Source: Mobula hypostoma (taxonomy: Eukaryota). Taken from it: a stretch of DNA of 64,000 bases. The stretch spans positions 240,686,001-240,750,000 of the forward strand of contig NC_086097.1 in NCBI RefSeq assembly GCF_963921235.1. The letters run 5' to 3'. The translations under genes and the position numbers were made by a program. The notes under the pieces were generated by a model. The model saw nothing but the letters and a program-made list of their open reading frames with translations. It was not told the DNA's origin and did not search any database. Positions 1 through 13,278 of the stretch are shown here, piece after piece; within the stretch, counting starts at the first letter, position 1; every line of letters starts with the position of its first letter.

Positions 1-2360
1 ACCAATCTAGATTCTTTCAATCTCTGCCTTAAATATACATAAGCAGCTGCCTGTGGCAAAGAATTCCATAGCGTCACCATCCTCTGCCTAAAGAAATTCC
101 TTCTCTTCTCCATTCTAAAAGGACGCCCCTTTATTTGAGCCTGTGTCCTCTGGTCTTAGACTTTCTCACCAAAGGAAACATCCTCTCCGCATGCACTGTA
201 TCAAGGCCTTCCAACATTCGATAGGTTTCAATGAGGTCACCCTTCATTCTTCTGAATGCCAGTGAATATAGGCCCAGAGCCATTAGACACTTTTCATATG
301 ACAAGCCATTCAACCCTGGAACCATTTTCTTGAACCTCCTTTGATCCCTCTCCAGTTTCAGCACATCCTTTCTAAGATAAGGAGCCCAAACCTGCTCACA
401 ATTCTCCAAGTGAGGCCTCACCAGTGCTTTATAAAGTTTCAACATTACAGAAAAGTAGGACAAGAGGGCACAGCCTCAGGATAGAGGGGCGCCCTTTCAA
501 AACAGAGATGCGGAGAAATTTCTTTAGCCAAAGGGTGGTGAATTTGTGGAATTTGTTGTCCCATGCAGCTGTGGAGGTCTGGTTGTTAGGTGTATTTAAG
601 GCAGTGATTGATAGGTTCTCGACTGGACATGGCAACAAAGGTTACGGGGAGAAGGTTTGGAACTGGGGTTAAGGAGGAGAAAAACAAGGATCAGCCAATA
701 TTGAATAGCAGAGCAGACTTGATGGGCTAGATAGCCTAATTCTGCTCCTATGTATTATGGTCTTATGGTCTTATATTCTAGTCCTCTTGAAATGAATGCT
801 AACATTGCACTTGCCTTCCTCACCACAGACACAACCTGCAAATAGGTCAAAGGACCCAAGTACTTTAGCGATTCTGTTTTTTGCATTTTCTGTCCATTTA
901 GAAAATAGTCAATTCTTTCATTTCTTCTGCCAAAGTGCATGACCATGCACTTCCCAACACTGTATTCCATGTACCATTTCTTTGTCCATTCTCCTAATCT
1001 GGCTAAGTCCTTCTGTAGCCTCTCTACTTCCTCAAGTCTACCTGCCCCTCAACCTATCTCCATATCGTCTGCAAACTTTGCAACATAGCCATCAATTCCA
1101 TCATCAAAATCATTGATAAAAGAAATTAAAAGAATCAGTCCCAACACAGACCCCTGTGGAACACTACTAGTCACCGGCACCCAGTCAGAAAAGGCTCCCT
1201 TTATTCCCTCCCTTTGACTCCTGCCAATCAGCCACTTCTTTATCCATGCTAAAATCTTTCAGGCTCTCGTAGCTTGTTAAACAGCCTCATGTGTGATACC
1301 TTGCCAAAGGCCTTCTGAAAATCCAAGTCCACAATATCAACTGATTCTCCTTGGTGTATCCTGCTTGTTACTTATCCTTTGTCTATCCTGCTTGTTAAGA
1401 ACCTCGTTCTTAATAATGGACTCCAACATCTTCCCAATCAATGAGGTCAGGTTAACTGGCCTGTAGTTTCCTTTCTTCTGCTCTCTCCCTTCTTGAAGAG
1501 TAGGGTGACATTTGCAATTTCCCAGTCATCTGGAACCATTCCAGAATCTAGTGTTTCTTGAAAGAACATTACTCATGCCTCCACGATCTCTTCATCCATC
1601 TCTTTCAGAACTCTGGGGTGTATACCATCTGGTCCAGGTGACTTATCTACTTTCAGACCTTTCAGTTTTCCAAGAACTTTCTCCCTAGTAATGGCAAATT
1701 CATACACATCTGACTCCTGACACCTGGAACCTCCACCTACTGCTAGTGTCTTCCACAGTGAAGACTGATGAAAAATACTTATTCATTTCATCCACTATTT
1801 GATTGTCCCCCATTACCACCTCACCAGCATGTTTTCCAGCAGTCCAATAACCACTCTTGACTCTCTTTTACACTTCATGTATCTGAAGAAACTTTGGTAT
1901 CCTCTTTAATATTATTGGCTACCTTACTCTCTTATTCCATCTTTATCTTAATTACTTTTTCAGTTGCCTTCTGTTAGTTTTTAAAAGCTTTCCAATCCTC
2001 TAATTTTTGCTTTCTTATACGCTCTCTCTTTGACTTGTATATTGGAGTTGACTTCTCTTCTCAGCCACGTTTGTGTCATCTTTCCTTTAGAATATTTCTT
2101 CCTCTTTGGGTTGTTTATATCCTACGTATTCTGAATTATTTCCAGAAATTCCGGCTATTGCTATTCCGCTGCCACGCCTGCCAGTGTTCTTTTCCAATCA
2201 ATTCTGGGCAATTCCCCTCTCGTGCCTCTGTAATTCCCTTTTCTCCACTATAATACTGATATATCTGACTTAAGCCAATCCTTCTCAAAATTCAGAGTGA
2301 ATTCGATCATATTGTGATCATTCCCTTAAAGGTTATTTCACCTGAAGCTCTCTAATCAAT
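1..2360 (-). mobile_element. Degenerate CR1 LINE ORF2 fragment (RT to 3' end), interrupted by an opposite-strand CR1 3' piece
   Basis: Minus-strand ORFs 131-463 (LYKALVRPHLE...W.PY.RKD) and 755-970 (KCMVMHFGRRN) carry CR1 ORF2 C-terminal motifs; FADD-like codons near 1063-1080; many stops and frameshifts. Confidence 0.85.
449..771 (+). mobile_element. CR1 3' end fragment
   Basis: SRTRGHSLRI..RPF.TEMRRNFFSQRVVNLWN motif followed by 3' UTR and (TTATGGTC)n tail. Confidence 0.85.
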
Positions 2361-3654
2361 TAATAGTCTGAAAGTTCCTAACAATTGAGAAATGAGTGTG
2401 CTTGGCTATGCCCATACCTTAGCTTTTACCAGCTTCAGCTAAGAAAAAAATAGAAATATAATAATAATAATAATAAAAAATAAGCAATAAATATTGAGAA
2501 CACGGGATGAAGAGTCCTTGAAAGTGAGTCCATAGCTTGTAGGAACAGTTCAATCTTAGGATAAGTGAAGTTATCCCCCTCTGGTTCAAGAACCTGATGA
2601 TTGAAGGTCCTGGTGGTGTGGGTCCTGAAGTCCTGAACCTTCTTCCTGATGGCAGCAGTGAGAAGAGAGCTCGACCTGGATGGTGGTGGTCCCTGATGAT
2701 GAAGCCATTGGGTATATTTAAAGCAGTGGTCGATAGGTACTTGACTAGTAAGAGTGTCAAAGTTTATGGCCAGTAGGCAGGAGAATAGTGTTAAGGGGGA
2801 TTTTAAAAATCAGCTATTATGGAATGGCAGAGATACACTCAATGGACTGAATACCCGATTTCTGCTCCTTGGTTTACGGCTTTATGGATTTAGATTTATA
2901 AGTATTCTTGCATTTTGTATCTGGCATGAAGTCTTATAAATCTTGTGAGCAGACAGTTCCCTGGTTCACCACAAGTAACAAACCCATGCAACATTTGGGG
3001 CCAGGTTCTGATGTATTTGCTAGGATTCCCAGAAGGGAAACTGTCTATTTAGATGCACCCGTCGAGATTTGCTGCATTTGAGATGAGAAGCATTGTTTAT
3101 TGCCATTACTCTTAAACAATATTTGTGAATCAATTAATTTGTGGTCCATAAACCACATCCATTGGAGTGAATATGACTCTTATCAGCCCAGATTTCTAAG
3201 TACAGTACATCTGGAAAGGGTGTATGTTTGGCAAACTAATTAAAGAGGGGGCTGAGATTCCCAGAACTTGGAAAGGCATAAAATGTAAAGATTGCCTGCA
3301 GGGCCACAGTTTGGAACAAAGAAAAAGAGAGATCTAAGAAGTTCTTGCTTCATACCACACTTTCAAAATGAAAAGTGGATTGGCTCAGCGTTCCCTCAAT
3401 TATAACATGTCAAAGAGTGGCCATACTTATACTGCCAAAAGGCAATTTATTACATCCTACCACAGCAGAAAAACACTGCACCATTTTGCTGGATGAAATT
3501 TTCATTACATGCTCTTTATAAAAATACTTACTGTACTGGTGAATAAATAAGCTGAGCACAACATTTGAAATGTTTTACGTTTGATAAGAAAAGCAGAAAT
3601 TGCAGATGGTGTTAATCTAAATAATAATAGATAACATAGGGTATATTTAAAGCA

Positions 3655-3850
3655 AGCTGGCTGGTGGTGTAGTGGCATCCACACTAGACTTTGCAGTGAG
3701 TGGTCCTGGGTTCGAATCTGGCTGGCTCCTTGCGTGCTTTCCATCTGTGCTGTGTTGAGTGTTGAGCTAGCAACCCAGCCTCATAAAAAGCAAACAAAAT
3801 TGCGAAAGAAACGGCAAGGTTCCTGCCCGATGCACCACAGGGTGTGGACA
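3655..3850 (+). mobile_element. tRNA-derived SINE (old)
   Basis: Pol III box A-like GGTGTAGTGG and box B GGTTCGAATC; similar to the SINE at 6698-6964. Confidence 0.6.
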
Positions 3851-4301
3851 GAAACAACAGCAACAATATTTAAGGCAGAGGTTGATAGATTCTTGATTGG
3901 TCAGGGCATAAAGGGATACGGGGAGAAGGCAGGAGATTGGGGCTGAGAGGGAAAATGGATCAGCCATAATGAAAGGGTGGTGCAGACTCGATGGGTCTAA
4001 TGGCCTAATTCTGCTCCTATATCTTATGGTGTCATGGTTATGTAATGCTGGAAATACTCAGCAGGTCAGTGAGCATTTATGAGGAAAGGGAGAGTCATTG
4101 TTTCAGATTAATGATAGGACCTCAACCTGAAACATGAGCCTCTACTTCTACAAATGCACTATTCTAAGTATCCTGATTTGCATCATGATCTGGAACAGCA
4201 ATTAAAATATGCAGGAGTGTATAAACTGCAGAGAATAGTAGCATCTGACCAATACATCACAGGTAAATCCCTCCCCTCACTGTTGGTAGTATCTGTAGGA
4301 G

Positions 4302-5880
4302 GTTCAAAGTTCAAAGTCCAAAGTAAATGTATTATCTAAGTACATATATGTCATCATATACAACCCAGAGATTCATTTCTTGTGGGAATGCTCAGCAAAG
4401 CTATAGAAAAATAACTGTAACAGAATCAATGAACAACTGTCCATCTTGGGCATTAAACCGGAGTGCAGAAGGCACCAGACTGCAAGCACAAAAAAGAAGA
4501 AACAACAATAAGAAATAAAAAAGCAACAAGCATCAAGAACATGAGATGAAGAGTCCTTGAAAGTAACCCATTATTGAAAGGTTGTGGAAACATTTCAATA
4601 ATGGGGCAAGTGAAATTGGGTGAAGTTATCTCCTTTGGTTCAAGATTGTGGTGGCTGAGGGGTAGTAACTGTTCCTGAACTTGGTGGTGTGAGTCCTGAG
4701 GCTCTTGTACCTTCTTCTTCTTGATGACAGCAGTGAGAAGGGAGCATGTCCTGGGTGGTGGGTAAAGATGGATGGTGCTTTCCTGTGATAGTGTTGCATA
4801 TGGGTGTTCCCAATGGTTAGAAGGGCTTTACCCATGATAGACTAGGCCATATCCACAAATTTTTGTAGCGTTCTTCGTTCAAGAGCATTGGTGTTTCCAT
4901 ACCAGGTGTGATCCAGTCAGTCAATACACTTTCCATTCCACATCTATAGAAGTTTTGTCAAAGACTTAGATGCCATGCTGAATCTCTGAAAACTCCTCTG
5001 GAAGTAGAGGTGCTGCCTTGCTTTCTTCATAATTGTACTTACAGTGCAGGTCCTCTGAAATAATAACACCTAGGAATTTAAAATGGCTGACCCTCTCCAT
5101 CTCTGATCCCTGGATGACAACTGGCTCATGGACCTCTGGTTTCCTTCTCCTGAAATTTATAATCAGCTCCTTGGTCTTACTGACATTGGATAAGAGGTTG
5201 GTGTCATGATGCCAGTCAGCCAGATTTTCAATCCCCCTCTATGCTTATTCATCACCATCTTTGATTCAGCCTACAACACTGGTGTTGTCAGCAAACTCAG
5301 ATATGGCTCTGGAGTTGTTTTTGCACAGCCTTAAGTGTAAAATGAGCAGAGAAGGGGACTGAGCACAAACCCTTGTAGTGCACTTGTGGAGGAGATGTTG
5401 TTTCCAGTCCAAACTGAATAAGGTCTGCAAGTGTGGAAATCAGGTTCCAGTTGCACAAGGAAGTATTGAGGTCTTACAGCTGATTAATTAGTTCTGAGGG
5501 GATGATAGTATTGAGTGCTGAGTTGCAGTCAATAAAGAGCATCCTGATGTATACTTCTTTGCTGTCCAGATGTTACAGGGTTGAGAGAAGGGCCAATGAG
5601 ATGGCATCTGCTGTGGATCTGTTGCTCCAGTAGGTAAAATGGAGCAGATCCTAGACACCTCTCAGGCAGGAGCTGATAGGTTTCATCACCAACCTCTCAA
5701 ATCACTTCATCAATGGGAATGCAAGTGCACAATGAGGCAAGACACCATGCTCTTATTGGGCACCAGTTTAAGTGAAGCTTGCTTGAAGTAGCTGGATATG
5801 ACACACTGCCAAAGCGAGAGGTTAAAGATCTCAGTAAGCACACCACCCAGTTGATTATCACAGGTCTTTAGTACTTGACT
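4302..5880 (-). mobile_element. Rex-Babar-type LINE, degenerate RT and 3' end
   Basis: HHPGHAPFSLL..RRRYKSLRTHTTKFRNSYYP..ILN C-terminal motif (4626-4835), KFADNT at about 5281-5297, (TTTGAAC)-like tail at about 4302-4325. Shorter copies at about 2440-2700, 6170-6690, 7520-8075, 8690-8970, 18520-18620+21546-21960, 29460-30920, 34500-34880, 50170-50370, 59160-59590. Confidence 0.7.
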
Positions 5881-6697
5881 AGGGATCTACGTACCTGCTC
5901 CTTCTTCCGCTGAACACAAGCTTTTCCTGCTTATGAAAAGTTTATATTAGGAACATTTCTCAGGAGTGGAATCCTGCCATCACCTGGGATCTGCCTACAC
6001 TGCAAACTTTAACCGCACTTCACTGGAATGTGATGCAACTTGAGACTTATATTTTTAAGTACAAACATTCATTTTTCTCTCCATCGTCACTGGGGTTCTG
6101 AGTAAAGAGGAGAGACAAGTGATGTCACAAGAGATTCTGCAGATGCTGGAAATAATGAAAAATACACAGAAAATTCCTTGGCATCAACAAATCAGATGAT
6201 CTCTCCTGGAACCAGCACATAAATGCTATCACAAAAGAGGCATAATAGCACCTCTAGTTTCTTGGAAGTTTGCATAGATTTGGCATGTCACAGAAACTTT
6301 GACAAACTTCTATAAATGCAGAGTACAGAGATTCATAACTGGTTGCATCATGGTCTGGTGTGGAAACACCAATGCACAGGAACAGAAAAGGCTACAGAAA
6401 GTGGTGGATACAACCCAGTCCATCACAAGCAAAGCCCTCCCCACCCCAATCACATAGAGCGCTGCATAAGATAACAGCATTCATCAAAGACCTCCCACTG
6501 CCCAGGCCTTGCCCTCTGCTCAATACTGACATCAGACAGGAGATACTGAAGTCATAAGTCCCATATCACCAGATTCAGGAACAGTTATTAATTACCCTTT
6601 AACCATCAGGTTCCTGAACTGGCATGGATAACTTCATTCACATGACTCTGAAATGATTCTACAACCTGCAGACTTAATTTCAAGGATTCTTTACAAT

Positions 6698-6964
6698 CCA
6701 GCTGGAGGCGTAGTGGCATCAGTGCTGGACTGCGGGGCGGAGGTTCCGAAGTTCAAATCCAGCCGGCTCCCCCCGGCACGCTTTCCATCCGTGCGGGGTT
6801 ACGAGCCGGTGATCTCTTTGAAAAAAAAAACTCACCCAGCAGAAGGCAATGGCAAACCACTGCTGTAATTTGCCTCGTGCGTGAATTCCAACTACGTTAG
6901 AACGGCGTGGGAGGAAGTCGTCCGCGACCCGGAAGAATTCCGGATGTGACCTACATTATTATTA
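6698..6964 (+). mobile_element. tRNA-derived SINE with TSD
   Basis: Box A GGCGTAGTGG, box B AGTTCAAATCC, (ATT)n tail; flanking direct repeat TTTACAAT at 6690-6697 and 6965-6972. Confidence 0.75.
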
Positions 6965-7117
6965 TTTACAATTCAGTTCCTAGTACCTGTATTTTAATTT
7001 GCCTGACAAACATCAATGTACAAAAGAATACAATTTGTTGTCTTGGCACTTGGCCCCTGTGGCTGCTCATTGTACCATCCCCTCAACTTATTCATCACTT
7101 TTATTTCTTGAATATTT

Positions 7118-7285
7118 GTTGTCATTTAAAGTTAAATTGGACAGCTATATGGACAGGAAAGGAATGGAGGATTATGGGCTGAGTGCAGGTCGGTGGGACT
7201 AGGTGAGAGTAAGCATTCGGCACGGACGAGAAGGGCTGAGATGGCCTATTTCCGTGCTGTAATTGTTATATGGTTATATGGTAAT
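7118..7285 (+). mobile_element. CR1 extreme 3' end with TSD
   Basis: FKVKLDSYMDRKGME motif plus 3' UTR matching 55580-55737; TSD AATATTT at 7111-7117 and 7286-7292. Confidence 0.8.
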
Positions 7286-9111
7286 AATATTTTCTCATCT
7301 TTTCCCAAGATATAATGACATCCATAAGTATGTCACTATTATTGGGTTAAATCATTAAAGTTCATCTCCATTGGTTGGTTGTCAGTCATCATCTGTTTAC
7401 ATAGTTTTTTTGTAAAATTCCATTGTAATTCTTTTTTTCCTGTATGTGCCTGCAAGAAAATAAATCTTCATGTAGTATATGGTAATACCCACAGTACGTA
7501 CTGTTCTGGCAAATGCCTTTGAATGGAAGTCCTACAAAAACTAATGGAGATGACACAGTCTATCATGAGTAAACCCCTCCCAACCATTGAACACACTGAG
7601 CTGTCACAGGAAAGCAGCATCCATCATCAGGGACCCCCACCACCCAGGTCATGCTCTCTTCTCGCTGCTGCCATCGGGAATAAGGTACATGAGCCTCAGG
7701 ATTCACGTCACCAAGTTCAGGAACGGTTACCGTCCCTCAACCATCAGGCTGTTGAACAAAAAGGGGATAACTACACTCAACTTCACTTGCCCCATCACTG
7801 AAACGTTCCCACAACCAACGGCCTCACTTTCCAGGACTTGTCACCCATCTCATGTTTTCAATATCTATTGTTTATTTATTTATATTATTGTTCTTCTTTT
7901 TACGTTTGCACAGTTTGCTGTCTTATGTTCTCTGGTTGAATGCGCAAGTTGGGTAGTCTTTCATTGATTCAGTTATAGTTATTATCCTATAGATTTGTTG
8001 AGTATGCTAACAAGAAAATAAATTTCAGGGTCGTATATGGTGTCATATATATGTACTTTGATAATAAATTTACTTTTAACTTTAGGACTTTGAATCTCAT
8101 TTGGACAAACTCCAATAATAATATTAGGGGAACCAAGCAGGGTAGAGCATTCCAGAACCTCACAAACACCCTGTACAGCAATAACAAATAACCTGTTTGA
8201 TTACTGTTGTACCTGCATTCCAAATCCTTCAACTCTTGGCCCTGAGGTGGGGGGGCACATTGTGCCATCCCTGCAATTTATTCATCACTTTTATTTCCTG
8301 AATATTTTCTCATCTTTTCCCATGACATAATGACATCCATAAATATGTCACTATTATTGGGTTTAACTCCACTGGCATTGTCTGCTCTCCTTTAGCAACA
8401 GGACAGAACTATTTCTCACAGACAGCTCATCACAACCCCTCAACCACAATTAAGGATTCACATGAAATGCATGTCTGGCCAGCAATGCCCAACTTCTGAA
8501 AAATGAATAAATTAAGTAAAGACAAAATGATGTGTTCTTTGAAATAAAGAAGACTCTAGAGTCTGAATAAGGAGGTATCAAAATCAGGTTTATAAACATG
8601 AACAGATTTTGTGAAATTTGTTGTATTGAGGCAGAGCAAAACATTAAAAATTAGAATATGCCAAAAAGATCTAAATGAATAGTGCATCAGGAAGAAGGTA
8701 CAGGAACCTCAGGACTCACGCAACCAGGTTCAGGAACAGTTATTACCCCTCAACCATCAGGGTCTTGAATCAAAGGGGATAACTCAACTTCACTTACCCC
8801 ATCGTTGAAATGTTCCAACATCCCATGGACTCACTCTCAAGGTCTCTTCATTTCATCTTCTCAATATTTATTTGTTCTTATTATTTATTTCTTATTGTAT
8901 TTGCACAGTTTGTTGTCTTTTGTACATTGGTTCAAATCCAAAGTTGATGAGGTCTTTTATTGATTCTGTTATGAATCAATAGTGATGTTGCCAGTGATGT
9001 TGTGGGGATGGAACTGGACTCTCTCTCAGTGGTGTCTGAAAAGAGCATGCTGTCTAAGTTGCATGCCATCTTGGTCAATGTCTCCCATCCACTACATAAT
9101 GTACTGGGTGG

Positions 9112-9970
9112 TGTTACGAGAATACACATAAAATTAAGATGTTTGCTGGCCTGGGCTAGCATCAGTGGCATCAGCAGTTGGTCTGCCACCTGCCCTCAGG
9201 GGAAGGAGAGATAAGGAACAATGGAGCAGCGTCTGGAGATGTGTAATGAAGGGATGTGGGAGAGAGAGCTGTCTGGAGCGGCTCCCCCCTTTGAACCCTG
9301 AACTGTTTGAAGTGATGGACAGGCGATACCCCAGCAGGGGGATAAAAAGGGACAGGTTCGCTAAGACAGACACACACGCCACCCGAGGTAACGAGACCCT
9401 GGAAGCGGTACGCTTCTCACGAGTGGGTGAGAAGTATCAGACAACGACCAGGGTGGAAAGGTACGATCAGCGGGAACCCGGTGTGTGTCCGCCCTTGCCT
9501 GGGTGCCGGGTTCACTGCAGAGGATCGACCGCATCTGGAGGAGGGGTCACAGTCGGTGACCTCAGGTGACATCACCAAGGACCCGCCCAAAAGTTGCTCG
9601 TGAGCAATCTCGCTGGTCTGTGAGTGAAGCTGTGCTGAATGATCAGTTGTTCCTGTTCTCTCTCTCTCTTCCCCCACCTTGTCCATCGCCATGGCAACGA
9701 TTACTGCGAACTGAACTACTAACTGGACTGAACTTTGAGTCATTTTGAAATTGGTCATTTACCCCTAGACAACGATAGAGCTTGATTGATGCTGTTATCT
9801 TAATTCTGTGCACATGTGTGGTTATCATTGTTGAATTGTTGCATTTATTATCCTTTCGATTACTGTGTTGCTTGTTTCTTTAATAAAACTTTCTTAGTTC
9901 TAGTACTCCAGACTCCAACTGAGTGATCCATTTCTGCTGGTTTGGCAACCCAGTTACGGGGTACGTAACA
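9112..9970 (+). repeat. 5' LTR (859 bp)
   Basis: TG...CA termini with TGTTAC/GTAACA inverted ends; AATAAA at about 9883; direct repeat of 13279-14138. Confidence 0.95.
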
Positions 9971-9974
9971 TAAG

Positions 9975-10000
9975 TGGGGTTCTCGTCCGCGATTTTGAAC
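9975..10000 (+). promoter_or_regulatory. Primer-binding site, tRNA-Pro-like (imperfect)
   Basis: TGGGGTTCTCGTCCGCGATTTTGAAC versus the tRNA-Pro complement TGGGGGCTCGTCCGGGATTTGAAC, 4 nt after the LTR. Confidence 0.75.
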
Positions 10001-10069
10001 GCTAAATTTGGGACGGAGTAAATTGATTGGGTTAAAATTCCCGAAAGAAAGAAAAGACAAACAGCAGAA

Positions 10070-13000
10070 ATGGAGGTTGAGGAATTTATAAAGGCGCCAA
10101 CCTTGGAGGCATTAGAGGATGCCAGGAAATCGGAATTGATAGCTGTGGCCAAACGGGTGAATCTTGTTAAGGTGAAGTCGACAATGAGGAGAGAGGAGAT
10201 ACACAGAGCTATTGTAGAGCACTATGTATCTAAAGGTGTGTTTCCCCAAGGTGAGCTGGGGGAGGTGTCTATTGAAAAACCTGCTGGAGACGCGGTACAG
10301 GTACAGCTTGAAAAACTGAGACTCGAGCACGAGTTCCGGGTACGGCAGTTAGAACACGAAGAGAAGCAGTTAGAAAGGCAGGAGAAAGAGAGAGAGTTAG
10401 AAAGGCGGGAGAAAGAGAGAGAGTTAGAAAGGCGGGAGAAAGAGAGAGAGTTAGAAAGGCGGGAGAAAGAGAGAGAGTTAGAAAGGCGGGAGAAAGAGAG
10501 AGAGTTAGAAAGGCGGGAGAGAGAGAAAGAGTTAGAAAGGCGGGAGAGAGAGAAAGAGGTAGAAAGGCAAGAGAGAGAGAAAGAGGTAGAAAGGCAAGAG
10601 AGAGAAAGACAGTTGGAGAGAGGAGAGAGAAGAGAGAGAGAGGGACAGACAGTTGGAGAGAGAGGAGAAACAGAGGGAAAGGGAATTTGAGCTGGAAAAG
10701 TTAAGGATAAGGGCCGAGCAGGGGCTCGTGCCGAACCAAGGTGGAGGGTTCCGGGCGACCCAGGAGGTAAGGCTGGTTCCCCCATTTGACGATACCGATG
10801 TGGATCGGTACTTTCTCCACTTCGAAAAGGTGGCTATAAGTCAGGAATGGCCGAGGGATAAGTGGGTTGTTTTACTTCAGAGTGTACTGAAAGGGAAGGC
10901 CCAACAAGCTTACTCCGCTTTATCCGCGGAAGATGCCCAGAAGTATGAGGTGGTGAAGGAGGCCATCCTCAGGATTTATGAGTTGGTCCCGGAGGCATAC
11001 CGGCAGAGGTTCCGGAATGCGAGGAAGCGGTGGGACCGCACGTATTTGGAGTTTGCTCGTGAGATGCAAACATATTGTGAGCGTTGGTGCGCCTCGAAAG
11101 GGGTAGAGGGGGATTATGACAGACTGCTGCAGCTGATTCTGATTGAGCAGTTTAAAGGTTGTGTCCCTGAGGGTATGAGACCCTACCTCGATGAGAAAGA
11201 GGCAGCCACGTTAGCCGCAACTGCTAAGTTAGCGGATGAGTATGCGTTGACGCATAAAATGAAGGTTGCCCCGAGTAAAGGCTACCAGAAGGGTAGTCAG
11301 GACGGCGGGGAGAGTCCGCCGGAAAAGTCAGAAAGTAAGCCGGGGACTAGTGAAAAGGATAAGGTAGACCGGGAGCAGTCTGGTAGGAAGTCTCCTGGGG
11401 TCGTCTGTTATAATTGTGGGAAAGTCGGACACTTTGCGTCCAGGTGCTTTGCCCCAAGGAAGGAGACGGGGAAAGGAAAAGCGGAAATTTTGAATGGCTG
11501 TATCGAGCTGTTAAGCGAACCGCTAGGGAAGGACAGGTCTGCCAAAGTTCAGGAAGGGCGCGAGAGGTTTATCTCGGCCGGATTGGTGTCGGTGAAGGAG
11601 AGGTTAAAACCAGTTCCAGTGCGGATCTGGAGAGACACGGGAGCGTGTCAGTCACTAATACTGAAGAGTGTATTAGAGTTTAGCTCAGAGACCCAGACTG
11701 GGGAGGTAGAGGTCAAAGGTGTTGGGGAAGGGACAGAGTCAGTCCCTTTGCACCAGATACACTTACAGAGCAACCTGGTCTCTGGAGTAGTCACGATCGG
11801 GGTGAGGTCCGAATTACCGATGAAAGACGTGGAAGTCTTGCTCGGTAATGACATCGCCGGAGGAATCGTGTTCCCAGTCGTGAGATTGACGGGTCAGCCT
11901 GCCAGCATGGAGGCCCCGCCCGCGATGGTGAATTTGGCTGAAACATTTCTGCCAACCTTGTATGAGACAGGGTGTAGTGAGATAAGAGGTAGTGAGGGAG
12001 CTGGGACGGACGTAGCAGCAGCCAGGAAAGAATTTGTGCAGACGCAGGAGCGAGACGAGGGGCTGATGGTTTTTGCCGAGACCGCTCTCTCTGACACAGC
12101 CTTGACAAGCTATTGTGCGGATGAGGAAGTGCTAAGGAAGAAAGGGAAATCAAGTACAGCATCCGCAGATGAGGAGTGGGGGGTGGTGCAAAAGAGTTAT
12201 GGGGATGAGGTTTTTAACATGGCCCACGAGGTACCCCCCGGTGGACATTTTGCGGTGCTGGAGGAAACAGTTGGTGGAAACATGAAAGAGATTTACCGGC
12301 TGCCCAGGGGGAAGAATGTTATTGATCAACACCGACGCGAACTGAGACGGTCACCGGCTTTTGATATGCTAACAAACCTAGTCGGTGTTAGCGTGGAAAT
12401 CAATGAAGCTAGGGGCCCCCTGTTAAGAGAAAAGAACCATTTTGAAAAGATTAGGATGGGATCGGTCAGATGGGAGAAGGCTATTGTTTTGGCCAGGTCT
12501 ACTGATAAGGTCTCTCCCTTAATCCCCGAAGGAGTAATTAAACGACTCGCACCCATGTGTTTGATTGTCCCGAGGAAATGCAAAGAACTGGGACGTTGGG
12601 TGATTGTGGTTACAATAGGGCAGCCAAGTAAACAACACCCATATTTTTTGAGTAATTCAGTGACTAAAGGGCTGATGAACACAGAGGTGTGTATTGGCAA
12701 TTTAATACGGCTGTCTGAAGCCAGTTTGATAGTGAACCTTGAAAAAAATGAATTCGGCCACACAAGGGTCACTTACCTGGGAATTGTGGTGACACAGGGG
12801 CAGCTGGCAGTGATGCAAGCTACAGTGCAGGCTATCGCTGACCTCCCAACCCCGACAGACAAGAGGGCCCTCAGAAGGCTTTTGGAGATGGTGGGGTACT
12901 GCAGGAAGTTTTGCAATAACTCTGCGGTCAATACCCGTCCCCCTCCTACTAAGCCCTTGCGAGAGAAAATTGAGTCGGAATGGGACGACCCTTGTTGTTG

Positions 13001-13106
13001 TGGTCCGGGACAAAACCAAATGAGAGGTTACATTGGTCGCAATTCATCAGTGTTTTTGGCCACTATAAAGTTTGCTGAGTTGGAGCCTGGTGTAAGGGAT
13101 TATTAA
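10070..13106 (+). CDS. Gag (coiled coil, SCAN-like CA, CCHC knuckle), aspartic protease and vestigial IN/RT; one frameshift near 10615-10622
   Basis: ORFs 10070-10690 and 10653-13106; PEAYRQRFR...LILIEQF (SCAN-like), CYNCGKVGHFASRC, RDTGA, AHE..PGGH (IN Zn-binding remnant), VTYLG...P..KRALRRLLEMVGY (RT thumb). Confidence 0.85.
10361..10680 (+). repeat. 27-bp coding tandem repeat (EKERELERR)n in Gag
   Basis: Unit GAGAAAGAGAGAGAGTTAGAAAGGCGG repeated, diverging toward the 3' side. Confidence 0.9.
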
Positions 13107-13266
13107 TAACACGTGTAAAAGGAACAGAAAATGTGATGACTGTCTGTCAAGGTGTTGACAGCTTCAAATTCTCTGTATTAGGTAAATAACTGTTAAAGAT
13201 GTATATTGTGTATGTATCAGATAATGTAGTCATGTTTGTAATTTTTACCTCCCGGTAAAAATCCTT

Positions 13267-13278
13267 AAAGGGGGGAAG
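13267..13278 (+). promoter_or_regulatory. Polypurine tract
   Basis: AAAGGGGGGAAG directly before the 3' LTR. Confidence 0.9.

Noticed and set aside
9134..9828. Short ORFs duplicated at 13.3-13.9 kb
   Set aside because: They lie within the LTRs, so the duplication only reflects LTR identity.
10361..10600. Regular direct repeats resembling a CRISPR array
   Set aside because: No unique spacers; coding minisatellite in eukaryotic DNA.
10222..10785. Antisense Ser/Leu repeat ORF
   Set aside because: Shadow of the GA-rich Gag tandem repeat.
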